This document shows positions 19,873 through 30,889 of a stretch of DNA of 64,000 nucleotides, piece by piece. The notes under the pieces are model-generated. The model saw only the letters and a program-made list of their open reading frames with translations. It searched no databases and was not told the DNA's origin. The stretch spans positions 13,174 through 77,173 of the forward strand of contig JAHJDG010000101.1 in assembly GCA_018812265.1 (NCBI GenBank). Reading direction: 5' to 3'. Source of the DNA: a bacterium. Lineage in GTDB: Bacteria > Electryoneota > RPQS01. Position 1 is the first letter of the stretch; each line of letters opens with the position of its first letter. Made by a program: the position numbers and the translations under genes.

Positions 19873-21273
19873 CTACCCTGATGAAGTCATTAGACGAACA
19901 AACTCGCTTGGCGCACCGTCGAAATCACCGTTGCTCATGAAGACGACAACCGAGGGGCGATGATCCATAAGATTTCGAAGGCCGGCCGGTACATCGCTAT
20001 TTTCGGCCACCATCGCCGAAACACCGCGGGTGTTTAGATCGTTGACCAATTTGTCAACATCCAGTCGTTGCTCAATGGGTATACGCTCGCGGCGGTGAAC
20101 GGTTCCCACAATCACGCTGTCGGCTACTGAAAGAGCGTCAGCAAGGGTATCCTGAAAGACATTACGGACCATTGTGTTGGAGCGAGGTTCGAGAACTGCG
20201 ATGAGCCGATGTTGTGGATACGCCTCGCGCACGGCTTGCAACGTGGCCCAGATCGCCGTGGGGTGATGTGCGAAATCGTCAATGACCACCAAGCGTTCCG
20301 TTTCGAGCAGCTTCTCCATACGTCGCCGGAGACCATGAAACGATTCGATAGCCGAACACAGATCTGAAACACTCACGCCAAGAGAGTGCGCACAGGCAAT
20401 AGACATCAAGGCGTTTTGACGATTGTGAATTCCCGGCAGCCGAAATCGGCACCGATGAAGCTCTCCCTCCGGCGTGCGAAATGCAAGCAAGTTTGAGTCG
20501 GGAAGCAGTTTCCACTCTGCGTTTTCGCTCGTCCCAACTCCGATCTTTCGACAAGGCGCATTGTCCGTCAGCCTCACCGTTGCAGGACAATCTGCCGCGT
20601 AGATGAGCTGTCCCGAGCGCGGCAGCAGACGGATCAGCCGTTGAAACGACACAAGCATCTCTGATTCGGTGGCGAAAATATCGGCATGGTCAAATTCGAC
20701 GCTTCCCAATACAAGCGTTCTTGGGAAGTAATGAAGAAATTTGGATCGCTTGTCGAAGAAGGCCGTATCGTATTCGTCGCCCTCGAGAATGAAAGGCGCA
20801 TCGCCATTTCCAATTTGGGCACCGGCCGGGAAATCCAGCGGAAGGGCGCCCACCAGAAAGCCCGGATCTTCGCCCACCGCAGTTAGCAGATGAGCCAGAC
20901 AGGTCGTGGTCGTACTCTTGCCGTGGGTTCCCGCAACGACGATCGTGTGTCGGCCATTCAACACGACGCGATGCAAAAACTCGGGGAACGAATACAGAGG
21001 AACTCCTGAATCCAACGCCGCCTCGACTTCCACGTGGCCGCGCGAAAGAGCGTTGCCGACAATAACCGTCGTTCCGTCCAGAGGAAGATTCGCCGCTGCA
21101 TAGGGAGTCAATACAGGGATGGCATTCGAGCGAAGAATGGTGGCGGCAGGCTCATAGACTTTTCCATCGGAACCACTCACCGCAAATCCAGCCTGTTTGA
21201 GTAGGACGGCAAGATTGGCCATGCCGATGCCCCCGATTCCGCTCAGAAAGACCTTGCGCTGAAGCCCGATCAC
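19873..21273 (-). CDS. mpl: UDP-N-acetylmuramate:L-alanyl-gamma-D-glutamyl-meso-DAP ligase (Mpl-like Mur ligase)
   Basis: N-terminal GIGGIGMANLA Rossmann, GTHGKSTTT P-loop, EGDEYDTAFFDKRSKF block typical of Mpl rather than MurC. Confidence 0.7.
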   Translation of the reverse strand: MIGLQRKVFLSGIGGIGMANLAVLLKQAGFAVSGSDGKVYEPAATILRSNAIPVLTPYAAANLPLDGTTVIVGNALSRGHVEVEAALDSGVPLYSFPEFLHRVVLNGRHTIVVAGTHGKSTTTTCLAHLLTAVGEDPGFLVGALPLDFPAGAQIGNGDAPFILEGDEYDTAFFDKRSKFLHYFPRTLVLGSVEFDHADIFATESEMLVSFQRLIRLLPRSGQLIYAADCPATVRLTDNAPCRKIGVGTSENAEWKLLPDSNLLAFRTPEGELHRCRFRLPGIHNRQNALMSIACAHSLGVSVSDLCSAIESFHGLRRRMEKLLETERLVVIDDFAHHPTAIWATLQAVREAYPQHRLIAVLEPRSNTMVRNVFQDTLADALSVADSVIVGTVHRRERIPIEQRLDVDKLVNDLNTRGVSAMVAENSDVPAGLRNLMDHRPSVVVFMSNGDFDGAPSEFVRLMTSSG

Positions 21274-23135
21274 TCGGAATTACCTTCCCAATTCTGTTCG
21301 ATTTGGCGCATGAATTTCGTGAGACGGGGATTGCCCTCACTTAAGGTTCTTGCACTCGCAAGGGCGGCGAAATAGTGGATCGTGTCCCGCCGCGAGTACG
21401 CATCTTGCATCTGCAAGAGTGACGACACCGCGGCTTCATTCAACAGATATCTTTGGCGCTCGCTGATTTTACCTGAAGGCGGGATGAAATTGTCGGCACA
21501 GAGTACCGGTTCCGACTTATTTGGGTCATCGGTGATACGCCAGAAGTAGGCTCCCGGTGTTTTCGGAAATGAGGCGGCGATTCCGGAATGACCCGCAGCC
21601 TCCACATCCCGCACATAGACCGGCCGATGAGTTCGTTGCAGGCGAATCATCGAGTTGTGCATTTCCACGAACGCGCTTTCGATTCGCTGGGCATCATAGC
21701 GTTGCCTGGATTCGAAGGGAGCCACCGCATCCATGAACAATTCCACTTGACGATTGATCCCCTGAAACACGTCCGGGTGATTGCGACGTTGCTCCTTAAT
21801 ATACCAGGACCTCTGCATGAGATTGATATCAAGCATCACAATATCCGGACGAACGTTCTCGATTCGCTGATAATATATGAACGGGCTTTGAATGTCCCAA
21901 TTGCCCTGAAGGACCAGCGAGCTGTCGGGAATCGTGCGCAGAATTTCCATCAAGAATCGTTTGGCGAAATCGTCCTCGCTGGCGACGGCGGATTTAGCCG
22001 TTGCGGCAAGCGAAGCGATGGGAACCGAAGCGGCGAGGAGAAGCGAAACAATTTTATGCGACACCCGACCTTTTCCCCACCTATCGAGACCTTCGATCAG
22101 GTGTATTATGCCAAGGACAGCCAACAAAAATATGGCGCAGAAGAATACGAGGAAGTAGGTTGAGATATCAGGGATGTCATAATTCAGATTATACGCCGTC
22201 CCAACGGCCCAAATGCCGAATAGCGTAAAACCCAGCAGCAGCTTTCGCGAGACGCTCCGCCACAGACCGACCGAAGCCAGAATCACAGTTGCCCAACCGA
22301 TCTCACGGGGCATCTGAGACAAATGGTTCACGAGTTTGCCAAGCAGCGCCGTTAATCCTCCGGTGAACATCCATACCTGATATTGCCATGCCGATAGATG
22401 TCGAAAGAGTTTCTCGAGCGATTGCGGATCGCCCCAATCCAATACCGGATCGAGCGTGCTACGGATGGGAAGAAAAAGAATCGTGGTCGCGCCGAGCAGT
22501 ATCGCAGCGGCAGCCATGCCTACCAACCGGACCGGATGCAGGGCACGGGACGCACACCGCCAAATCACAACGATGAGCAACGGGATAAACCATACAATCG
22601 TGAGATGATTGCCGAGTCCAAGTCCCCACAAGTAGCACACCAGAAGAGATGACCGTAGAGAAGCGGCGGAAATCTCGCGCATCGTCAGTATCGAAACGGA
22701 TAGCCACAAAATCGCAGCGACTATAAGCCATGATAGCGGATACACTTCGGCGAAGTCCACCGAACTCCAGGCCGTATACGAGAGGGCAAAGCCTATCGAA
22801 AGGATGATTGCCATTGCCGTGCTGAGGCGAAGCGAGACTCCGTTAGTGGAAAACAGACGCAACACCGCCAGCGAAAGGAATCCGCAAGCCGCTGCACCCG
22901 CCATGGCGGAATAAACGACCATCGCACGGTCCGGAGACATAGGAATGAGAAAGAGCCAAACGCGGCCAAGAATCGTGTACAACGGATAGCCGGTTGGATG
23001 AGCAATCCCCAGCGTATATGCCACCGTCGTCAGTTCGCCGCTGTCTACCAAACCGATTCCCGGTCCGGACGTGATCCAATAGATGAATCCTACGATTGCG
23101 GCAACGACCGGGAAAGCAAGGCGATCAACTCGCAT
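21270..23135 (-). CDS. DUF2723 (TMEM260-like, GT-C fold) membrane protein, putative glycosyltransferase
   Basis: N-terminal motif LVDSGELTTVAYTLGIAHPTGYPLY characteristic of DUF2723. Many TM helices plus a large C-terminal soluble domain. Confidence 0.65.
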   Translation of the reverse strand: MRVDRLAFPVVAAIVGFIYWITSGPGIGLVDSGELTTVAYTLGIAHPTGYPLYTILGRVWLFLIPMSPDRAMVVYSAMAGAAACGFLSLAVLRLFSTNGVSLRLSTAMAIILSIGFALSYTAWSSVDFAEVYPLSWLIVAAILWLSVSILTMREISAASLRSSLLVCYLWGLGLGNHLTIVWFIPLLIVVIWRCASRALHPVRLVGMAAAAILLGATTILFLPIRSTLDPVLDWGDPQSLEKLFRHLSAWQYQVWMFTGGLTALLGKLVNHLSQMPREIGWATVILASVGLWRSVSRKLLLGFTLFGIWAVGTAYNLNYDIPDISTYFLVFFCAIFLLAVLGIIHLIEGLDRWGKGRVSHKIVSLLLAASVPIASLAATAKSAVASEDDFAKRFLMEILRTIPDSSLVLQGNWDIQSPFIYYQRIENVRPDIVMLDINLMQRSWYIKEQRRNHPDVFQGINRQVELFMDAVAPFESRQRYDAQRIESAFVEMHNSMIRLQRTHRPVYVRDVEAAGHSGIAASFPKTPGAYFWRITDDPNKSEPVLCADNFIPPSGKISERQRYLLNEAAVSSLLQMQDAYSRRDTIHYFAALASARTLSEGNPRLTKFMRQIEQNWEGNSE

Positions 23136-24015
23136 GACTCAAATCGAGTCCGCATTGTCGCGCCGCGGCATCGGTGGCATTGCGCATGAGCATGGCAATC
23201 GTCATCGGACCGACGCCGCCCGGCACGGGTGTAATCTTCGATGCGACGGGACTCGCGGATTCGAAGTCCACATCGCCGCAGGTTTTTTCTAAAGCATTTG
23301 ACGGAGGATGACTTCCCACATCAATCACAACCGCACCCGGCTTAACCATGTCGCCGGTGACAAACTTTCGCCGACCAATGGCTACGACAAGCGTATCCGC
23401 TCTTCTGCAAATCTCGGGCAAGTTTGCACTTCGCGAATGACATACCGTAACGGTCGCATTTCCATACCGCCCTTTTGAAGACAAGAGGATAGAAAGCGGT
23501 CTTCCCACAAGATTCGAACGTCCGAGTACCACGACTTCCCTACCCGTAATCGCCACACCCGATCGAATCAGAAGCTCACATATCCCATAGGGTGTGCAGG
23601 GAATGAAGTGCGGTTGTCCGGTGCAGAGAAGACCTACGTTGTGGGGATGCAGACCATCCACGTCCTTTTGCGGATCAATTCGACGGATCACTTCTTGGCT
23701 ATTTATCTGAGGCGGGAGCGGGAGTTGCACGAGAATACCATGGATACTCGGATCCTGATTCAAGCGATCAATAAACCTTAGCAGGTCTTGCTCATTGGAT
23801 TCGGCCCGCATCGTCTCGACAGTTGATCGAATGCCAAGCTTCTCACACATCTTGGCTTTGGCGGATACGTACATCTTAGAAGCCGGATTATCGCCGACAA
23901 GCACCACCGCCAAACCGGGAAACGCACCTCGCTGTTCATGGAGCAGGCGAATATCGTTTTCGATTTCTCCGCGAATGATTCCGGCGATCGCACGACCGTC
24001 AATGAGTTCCGCCAC
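23125..24015 (-). CDS. folD: bifunctional methylenetetrahydrofolate dehydrogenase/cyclohydrolase
   Basis: PGLAVVLVGDNPASKMYV and VVLGRSNLVGRPLSILL motifs, 296 aa. Confidence 0.9.
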   Translation of the reverse strand: MAELIDGRAIAGIIRGEIENDIRLLHEQRGAFPGLAVVLVGDNPASKMYVSAKAKMCEKLGIRSTVETMRAESNEQDLLRFIDRLNQDPSIHGILVQLPLPPQINSQEVIRRIDPQKDVDGLHPHNVGLLCTGQPHFIPCTPYGICELLIRSGVAITGREVVVLGRSNLVGRPLSILLSSKGRYGNATVTVCHSRSANLPEICRRADTLVVAIGRRKFVTGDMVKPGAVVIDVGSHPPSNALEKTCGDVDFESASPVASKITPVPGGVGPMTIAMLMRNATDAAARQCGLDLSHAS

Positions 24016-24976
24016 TGCGCTTCTTCTCCTTCGCTGTTGCCAAATAGCTCATATAGCCACGCGTGTATTGTCGCAGATGAAGATAGTCGAAGACGATGCG
24101 CGGCAAATGGTGACGTCGCAACGCAACGACCAAGAAACGGAATACAAAGCAAACCGGCGAATACATGAGGAGTCGAAATGCACCTCGATAGAAAACAGAA
24201 TATCTTGATCGCATGTTCAGAAGTGAAAACGTGCGGTCCAGATTCAGTTCGTAGAAAAGGCGCGGATGCCGTGCAAGCAGGAGCGGCAGGCATTCTTTAC
24301 CATACGTAAGAAGATTACGCAGCAGCTCATGCAACGGACGCAGGTGATGATGAACGGCGAGACATCGCGTCTCTCCGTAGATTGGCGTAGCGGTCTCCTC
24401 CAATCGCATCCCCAGATCGAGATCCTCCCCACCCCATACATTAAACCGTTCGTCGAAAAGACCAATCTCAAGAAGGAGATCCGTCGGCACGGAACAATTT
24501 CGCGTCAAGAAGTAGCGTCCCGGCAGCCGAGATCCGAGCGATAATTTCGCAGCACCACCGTTGTTCAAATAGTGGTTCAGCGCGCGGGAATCGGGATGAT
24601 CTTCAAACTCCGATTTCCCGACGATGACACAGCGCTCGCTCGCGTGTCGGGAAGCGTGGATCGCCAGAAAGTCCCGCTCTACGCTGTGATCGCCGTCAAT
24701 CATGACAACAATGTTTCCGCTGGCGACCTTAATTCCTCTATTCCGTGAGGCCGCCCTCCCTCCGTGACGGTCACCGAAGATAGGACGAATCCGCTCATTA
24801 GAAACGGATCTAAGCCATTCACGCGTTCCATCCGTCGAGCCGTCATCAACAACGATGATCTCGTAGCGATCCGTTTCGTAGTCTTGATCCAGCAGCTCCG
24901 TCACGAGTCGGCGAATATGAGCAAACTGGTTCCAGGAGATAACGACAACACTCAGGGTCGGTTTGGTGCGATCCAT
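23999..24976 (-). CDS. family 2 glycosyltransferase
   Basis: LSVVVISWN...YEIIVVDDGSTDGT...DGDH motifs of GT-A/GT2. Confidence 0.8.
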   Translation of the reverse strand: MDRTKPTLSVVVISWNQFAHIRRLVTELLDQDYETDRYEIIVVDDGSTDGTREWLRSVSNERIRPIFGDRHGGRAASRNRGIKVASGNIVVMIDGDHSVERDFLAIHASRHASERCVIVGKSEFEDHPDSRALNHYLNNGGAAKLSLGSRLPGRYFLTRNCSVPTDLLLEIGLFDERFNVWGGEDLDLGMRLEETATPIYGETRCLAVHHHLRPLHELLRNLLTYGKECLPLLLARHPRLFYELNLDRTFSLLNMRSRYSVFYRGAFRLLMYSPVCFVFRFLVVALRRHHLPRIVFDYLHLRQYTRGYMSYLATAKEKKRSGGTH

Positions 24977-26037
24977 CCCAATTCCTGATAGAAGCTGTAG
25001 AGTTGATCTCCCACGGCGCGGACGTCATGGCGCTCGCACACCCACTGCCGGCCGACTTTAGCCAAGTTTCCGCACATTGTCTCGCTGTTCAGGAGTTCCT
25101 CGAGAACTTCGGAAAGATCATCGGTCGCGGCGTGAACGAACGGATTCTCGCCCAAACGCTTCATCATGTTCTCGGGGATGTTCGTCACTACCGGCATTCC
25201 CATCGCCAGCGCTTCAACGGAACTCATTCCATAACCCCAGCCGCCCGCGTTCGTCAATTGGTCAACGAAAATATCGCACTCATATTTGTGACGAAGCGCT
25301 TCATCATGCGACAGATCACGAAGCATAATCAGTTCCACTTCATAGCGTTTTTTCAACTCCGCTACGGCCGCTTCCACGAAAGAAGTGCCCTTATGGGGAT
25401 TACGCGACGCATGGCAGATCCGCACCGGATGATGAAACCGATACTCTCGCTCCGGATACGCCGACGTATCAAACGGCAGATAGAGATAACGGAGACGCGA
25501 ATCGAAATCCAAAAGATCCCATTCGCTCGTCAGGCGCAATTCAGCGATCTCATCCACCGCCGGAATAATGCCACGAGTACGCAAGTCGGATCCGTGGTAG
25601 AAGCAGGCAACGTGTTTGCCGCGTCGGATGGCTTGCCTCGCAAATCGCGCATCCCTCGTAAAATCGAGCCCGCCATCGAGTTGGATCACGTCGAATGAGT
25701 TGAGATCGAACTTGTGAATGGCGCGTTCGATCCGCGGCCATATGAACGAATCGCGCAATGCAAAAAGGCTACGTTCCACATTGCCCGGCCGCCAATAGGG
25801 CATTTCATGGCTTGGTTGCAGCTCGCTTGGTCGCAACGCCCGCAGTGAATCGCGCAGGCCACGCACCCATGACCGATCCGGCATGAAGGGCAGGTTCAAG
25901 CAGATGTCATCGGGAAAATCCCAACGACTGTGCCAGAACGTTACGAAACGGCACTCGTCGCCGCGTCGCCGGTGCTCTTCGCGAAACAGGGCAAGCGTAC
26001 CGGAAACATGTTCCGCGGCAATGTAGAGAAACTTCAT
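24952..26037 (-). CDS. family 1/4-like glycosyltransferase (GT-B)
   Basis: C-terminal nucleotide-sugar binding half resembling GT4 (EALAMGMPVV). N-terminal half divergent. Confidence 0.55.
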   Translation of the reverse strand: MKFLYIAAEHVSGTLALFREEHRRRGDECRFVTFWHSRWDFPDDICLNLPFMPDRSWVRGLRDSLRALRPSELQPSHEMPYWRPGNVERSLFALRDSFIWPRIERAIHKFDLNSFDVIQLDGGLDFTRDARFARQAIRRGKHVACFYHGSDLRTRGIIPAVDEIAELRLTSEWDLLDFDSRLRYLYLPFDTSAYPEREYRFHHPVRICHASRNPHKGTSFVEAAVAELKKRYEVELIMLRDLSHDEALRHKYECDIFVDQLTNAGGWGYGMSSVEALAMGMPVVTNIPENMMKRLGENPFVHAATDDLSEVLEELLNSETMCGNLAKVGRQWVCERHDVRAVGDQLYSFYQELGWIAPNRP

Positions 26038-27500
26038 CCGCGAGCAAACATCTTTCGCAAGTGATGCTTCTCCCGCTCATCGAAAAATGCGACAGCATAA
26101 AGCGCAATCGGCAACGATATCACGAGCAACAGTCGCATAAGCGGCGTTTCAAACGGCGGCAACTGGGAAAGTGCATATAGTACCGCGAAAACAAGAACCA
26201 TCTTTGCGATTCGCGTCCATTCATAGGGAACAACGTAAGCCCGGCGAACGACCAGCCAAAGACCGAAAGCCTCCAGAATAAACGCCAGAAGCGTGACCCA
26301 GGCGGCCGCCATCATTCCATAACGCGGGATGAGAAGCAGATTCAGGCCAATGGTTACGGCCGCCGCGATTCCGGTAACCAGCGGCAGTCTTGCCGTCAGC
26401 TTTTTCAGATACACGCCGACCATGAGATTTGCATATATGCCGTCAAAAATATGCGCCAGTAAGATGATCGGAAATACGGCAAGTCCGGGCCAATAGGAGG
26501 GCGCGAGAATACAACCGATTCCGGGCCAGGGTGTTTTCACGATCAGATCAACGAAGAACGCCAAGACAAGGAGCAAGACACCGGTTACGAGAAGGTAGTA
26601 CGTGAGAACTCGGGCAAAGAGTCGTGGGGCATCCTCACGGTCGGCGTTTGAAAGAAAAAAGGGTTGCCAGGCAAATCGAAATGCGCCCGTCACGACGGCC
26701 ATGAACATTCCCAGTTTATATCCCGCGCTGTAAAGGCCCGCCTCTTCCAAACCACGATACAATTCAAGAATCTTTCGATCGGCAAGTTCTATGACCATAA
26801 CGAAAAGGTAGGTCGGGACGTTGGGAAGACCGAATTTCACCATTTCACCGAGAATACGACGATCAATTTTCCAGGTCACGCGGCCCCGAAAGAAAGGCAG
26901 CAATACCCCCAGCGTCATTGCGCTCGCGATGACATTCGCGTACAGAACGCCCAAGATCGAGAGGTGCAGGTATCCAACAAACCAAATGTTCAGTCCGATA
27001 TTCACACATACGTTCAGCAGCTTGACGCCCGCGAAGTGATAGGGGCGGAGCGTTCCGCGCAGCAGAAGAAAAGGAAACGTGGCCAGCGTGTCAAAGAGCA
27101 GAATACCTGCGCACAGTCGAATCAGAAACGAGACGTTCTCCGGTTGAGTCGGCACCTGCACGACGAGACGACCGATGGTCTCCGCGAAACCGAGAACCAT
27201 ACCCGTCAGAAGCACGCTCGTCAGAAGCGAAACACAGAGCGCCGTTCCCGTGATCCTCCGGCGCTGTTCAGACTCTTTTGAGAGTGTGAAATAGCGAAGA
27301 TATGCGATGTCCAGACCATAGATGAAGAAGGTCTGGGCGACCGCCATGAACATGAAATAAAGCGTGAGCTCCCCGTACTCGGCAGGCGTCAGCCGGAAGC
27401 TGTAGTACGGCAAGAGGAGGAACGTGAGCAGACGAGTGGCGATGTGTCCCACGCCATAGACGACTGAGTCGCGCGTTAGTCGCTTCAGTTGTTCGAGCAA
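26034..27500 (-). CDS. MOP-superfamily oligosaccharide flippase (Wzx-like)
   Basis: 488 aa, ~12-14 TM helices. Polysaccharide-biosynthesis-protein-like N-terminus. Confidence 0.7.
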   Translation of the reverse strand: MLEQLKRLTRDSVVYGVGHIATRLLTFLLLPYYSFRLTPAEYGELTLYFMFMAVAQTFFIYGLDIAYLRYFTLSKESEQRRRITGTALCVSLLTSVLLTGMVLGFAETIGRLVVQVPTQPENVSFLIRLCAGILLFDTLATFPFLLLRGTLRPYHFAGVKLLNVCVNIGLNIWFVGYLHLSILGVLYANVIASAMTLGVLLPFFRGRVTWKIDRRILGEMVKFGLPNVPTYLFVMVIELADRKILELYRGLEEAGLYSAGYKLGMFMAVVTGAFRFAWQPFFLSNADREDAPRLFARVLTYYLLVTGVLLLVLAFFVDLIVKTPWPGIGCILAPSYWPGLAVFPIILLAHIFDGIYANLMVGVYLKKLTARLPLVTGIAAAVTIGLNLLLIPRYGMMAAAWVTLLAFILEAFGLWLVVRRAYVVPYEWTRIAKMVLVFAVLYALSQLPPFETPLMRLLLVISLPIALYAVAFFDEREKHHLRKMFARG

Positions 27501-28730
27501 TCAAACACCTATCGCCGGGAGTAAAAAGAGAACGTATGGAAAGACGAGCACTGCCACCAACAGCCATTGGCGCCGGACGGCGTTGATGGCGGCGGTCAGC
27601 GCCAAGCAGACCACGGGCCATACCACAAACACGTAGCGGGCTTCGGCTTGATCATAGCGCAGGTTCAGCCAGATGAATCCGCCCAAAGCCAAGAGCGTTG
27701 CGCCGATGAGCAAAGGCCGTGAAATAATGATTTTTGCCGCTCCACGATAAAAGAATTCGAAAGCGAAAAAGAGTCCGGGAACGGCGAGCACCGTGAGACC
27801 GATTGCGCCCTGCCAGAATTCAGTCCAAGGAAACAAGAAGGACCTCACCGCGAACGAGAATGCCATGAAATCGGGAATTCTCCAGTGGGGCGTACCGAAA
27901 CCGGCGGAAAGCGGGAGCAGTGAGCCGAACTCACTCAGGTTGCGTTGCCAGACCGGCCAAGTAAGCAGAATAATCGCAGCAAAGGCCGCAGCGGACAGAA
28001 TCGCAACACGCTTGCGCGATTCCGATTTCAATGCGATGGGCAGCAACGGAACCAGAAGGAGCGCCGACAATTTCGTGAACAACGCGAGAACAGACCAAAG
28101 AACAAACGCCGCAAGCCAACGGAAGCCGAAAGGACTCGACCGCAAGCGAACGAGTGCAATCAGCATGAGTCCAGCAAGAATCCAGAACAGCGGATCATTA
28201 CCAGCCGTTGCCGTGAATCGCACAAAGACCGCGCCAAGCGAGAGGAAGATCACGCCAGCGGCGGCCGTCACATGTTCGACGGCGAGGGCCCGGCAGAAGA
28301 AGAGATATACCAGCAACAAGAGAGCGAAAGCACCCAAGCCGAAAACACGTCCCAGATAGACGATATCTTCGCGGCTTTCCAGCGACATTGCCCGCGCCAG
28401 AAGAGCGATGCTCACATAGTAGAGCGGCGGTTGATAGTTCTCGTATTGGGCACTCTGCAAAGCGCCAGGCGTTTCAATGGACTCGACGTTGAGGGGAAGC
28501 GTTCCAGAATGCACCAGATGCAACGCGTAGTTGGCATGTGCAAGCTCGTCATTATAGGAAGAGAGCTTGCCGGGAACGCTCTCGCCGCCGATTGGAGTCA
28601 GAACAATGAAGAGTATCCGCAGGACGATTCCAACGATAAGTGCAAAAAGAGCCGGAGGTGAACCCATGACGCGACGGACGTATGACGTTACGATTTTCCG
28701 ATCTCCTCCGTTCATACTGTCACGCCCCAA
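27501..28730 (-). CDS. GT-C membrane glycosyltransferase (GT39/GT83, PMT/ArnT-like)
   Basis: Polytopic. YENYQPPLYY motif in the first periplasmic loop resembles the ArnT/PMT_2 family. Confidence 0.6.
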   Translation of the reverse strand: MGRDSMNGGDRKIVTSYVRRVMGSPPALFALIVGIVLRILFIVLTPIGGESVPGKLSSYNDELAHANYALHLVHSGTLPLNVESIETPGALQSAQYENYQPPLYYVSIALLARAMSLESREDIVYLGRVFGLGAFALLLLVYLFFCRALAVEHVTAAAGVIFLSLGAVFVRFTATAGNDPLFWILAGLMLIALVRLRSSPFGFRWLAAFVLWSVLALFTKLSALLLVPLLPIALKSESRKRVAILSAAAFAAIILLTWPVWQRNLSEFGSLLPLSAGFGTPHWRIPDFMAFSFAVRSFLFPWTEFWQGAIGLTVLAVPGLFFAFEFFYRGAAKIIISRPLLIGATLLALGGFIWLNLRYDQAEARYVFVVWPVVCLALTAAINAVRRQWLLVAVLVFPYVLFLLPAIGV

Positions 28731-28745
28731 GCGGAGTCGCCGGAG

Positions 28746-30635
28746 TCAGACATCTCGCGCCGTACGGCCCGCCACGCGAACGTTGCCAACCCGCTGGGTA
28801 ATACCTATACCATCCAAGTGCTCGAGAAACGGAACGACAAACTTGCGTGATGATCCAAGCAGTCGGGCCGCCTCCGAAACCGTGAGGTGAACTCCCTGCA
28901 GAATCGTTTTACGAATCTGCGCAATGGCGTCGTCGAATTGTTCCGTCGTAAAGAAGAGATCGTTACCGAGTCGCCGACATTTTCCCATTCGGTCGAGCAG
29001 CACGAGCGCTTTCTCAATCTGCTCGCGCGGTTTTTTCAGCGTCTCGGCGATGGCCAGCGCCGAAGGCGGCGCGAAGGCTCCTTGCCGGAGCAAATCCAGA
29101 ACATCTTCGCTCAACTCTTGCTGGTCGGGACGCAACGTCATACCGCGGTCGGTCGCTCGGTAGAGGGCCGACTCCTGTACCAATTTGCCATCCCTGACAA
29201 GTTCCGTCAAGAGGAAATCACGTATTGTGTCGGGAAGGCGTGCGAGTTCCATCTGAAAGAGATCACTTCGCGAGAAGCCGGGACTGTCGGGCCGATGGTC
29301 ATGGAGCGTGTTCACTCGGTTCACGACATTCAAGCGCAATTCGGCCACACGGGATCGGAGCAGCAGGTACTCGCCGACCTCAACCGGCCGATCGGGTTGG
29401 GGAAGCTCGGTAAGTATCTCATTCAGCTCGGATCGGGATATCGCGAAAATCTTTGTTGCAACACGGTGTTCCAGACCGTACAGTCCGCGTCCTTTTAGCA
29501 GCGAACCGATGGCATCGGCGAGGGATTCCGTGTGCAAACTCCGGGCGAGGGCCGCCTCGCTCTCGCGAGTGCGTGCTCGAAACGGCGGCGGCGTCGGTTC
29601 CAGAACCGTGCCACCTCCCAACGTCTCAAGGGGCGAGTATCTCCTTAAAACAAAACGATCTCCCCAAGCGGTCACGATTTCCGATTCGAGGAGCACATTG
29701 GCATAATAACGTCGTTTGTCCATTCGCTCGATGAGCTGAAGACGACCAATCGCTTCGTGCGTACCGATCAGGAAACGGATGCGCTGACGATCTTTCAGAG
29801 TATCCGCTTTGGGCAGCAAGTCAATAGCCACTCTCACACAACTCGTCTCGAGCAGGGCATCCGGGATCGTCAGCATCCCGCCCCGCGCAAGGTGCTCGGT
29901 CTGACCGATCAGATTGAGGGCGGCACGTTGTCCGGCCCGCAGAAGGTCGGCTTCTCCGCCCTGCGTTTCGAGACGCTTGACACGAATATCAAACCCGCCG
30001 GGCATCACCGCGAGGCGGGCATCTTTGTGGACTTCACCGGAAATGATTGTGCCGGTCACGACAGTTCCGCGTCCCCGGATGGTGAAAACCCGATCCATCG
30101 GGAGACGAAAAACGCCACGCTCGGGCCGCGCCGGCAACGAGCGGAGCGTGGTCATCAAGCGCTCGCGAAATTCGGGCACACCACGGCCCGACAAGGAATC
30201 TACTCGATAGAGCGGCGCCGACTCCAGAAACGTTCCGCGGACCGTGTCATAAATCTGCTCTTCCACAAGCTCAATCCAGTCGTCAGCGACACCATCCACC
30301 TTCGTGACCGTAATCGCACCGTAACGCACACCGAGCAAAGCGAGAATCGAGAGGTGTTCACGGGTTTGCGGCATGACCCCGTCATCGGCCGCCACCACGA
30401 GCAGAGCAAAATCCACCGTAGCCGCGCCCGCCACCATATTGCGGATGAGTCGCTCGTGCCCAGGCACATCAATGATGGCCGCCACATCGTCGAGGAAGGC
30501 ATAGCCCAGATCCAAGGTGATTCCACGACGCTTCTCTTCCGGCAGCCGGTCAGGATCGGTTCCGGTGAGGGCCCGAACGAGCGCGGATTTGCCATGGTCA
30601 ATGTGACCGGCCGTACCGACAATCACTCGAGCCAT
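28746..30635 (-). CDS. selB: selenocysteine-specific elongation factor
   Basis: N-terminus [21 protein letters not shown]...[18 protein letters not shown]...DVPGHERL matches SelB block by block. 629 aa with C-terminal winged-helix region. Confidence 0.9.
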   Translation of the reverse strand: MARVIVGTAGHIDHGKSALVRALTGTDPDRLPEEKRRGITLDLGYAFLDDVAAIIDVPGHERLIRNMVAGAATVDFALLVVAADDGVMPQTREHLSILALLGVRYGAITVTKVDGVADDWIELVEEQIYDTVRGTFLESAPLYRVDSLSGRGVPEFRERLMTTLRSLPARPERGVFRLPMDRVFTIRGRGTVVTGTIISGEVHKDARLAVMPGGFDIRVKRLETQGGEADLLRAGQRAALNLIGQTEHLARGGMLTIPDALLETSCVRVAIDLLPKADTLKDRQRIRFLIGTHEAIGRLQLIERMDKRRYYANVLLESEIVTAWGDRFVLRRYSPLETLGGGTVLEPTPPPFRARTRESEAALARSLHTESLADAIGSLLKGRGLYGLEHRVATKIFAISRSELNEILTELPQPDRPVEVGEYLLLRSRVAELRLNVVNRVNTLHDHRPDSPGFSRSDLFQMELARLPDTIRDFLLTELVRDGKLVQESALYRATDRGMTLRPDQQELSEDVLDLLRQGAFAPPSALAIAETLKKPREQIEKALVLLDRMGKCRRLGNDLFFTTEQFDDAIAQIRKTILQGVHLTVSEAARLLGSSRKFVVPFLEHLDGIGITQRVGNVRVAGRTARDV

Positions 30636-30645
30636 GATTCCCGTC

Positions 30646-30864
30646 TCAGCCGAAAATCCTGTTCATATCAAAGAGGTGGTACTCGGACATGCACCATCGG
30701 CATCCGTTGTACTGCGGACGATGATTGGTGTCAATCATCCGTTTCACCTGATCGAGAGTGTGGATCTTTCGTTTCTTGTCTTCCGGGATCTTCTTGACCT
30801 GACACTCGTACTTGACAAAAGACATGTCGTGGATGATGTGATTCTCATCGTCAATAAGGTACAT
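30646..30864 (-). CDS. small Cys/His-containing hypothetical protein (72 aa) immediately upstream of selB
   Basis: ORF only. Contains C-x32-CxxC plus several His. Not recognised as a known family. Confidence 0.35.
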   Translation of the reverse strand: MYLIDDENHIIHDMSFVKYECQVKKIPEDKKRKIHTLDQVKRMIDTNHRPQYNGCRWCMSEYHLFDMNRIFG

Positions 30865-30889
30865 GAGGCACCTCCATCGGAAAATCCGC

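Noticed and set aside
29757-30797. 346-aa plus-strand ORF overlapping selB
   Set aside because: Antisense to an unambiguous SelB gene. No recognisable domain, Arg-rich composition.
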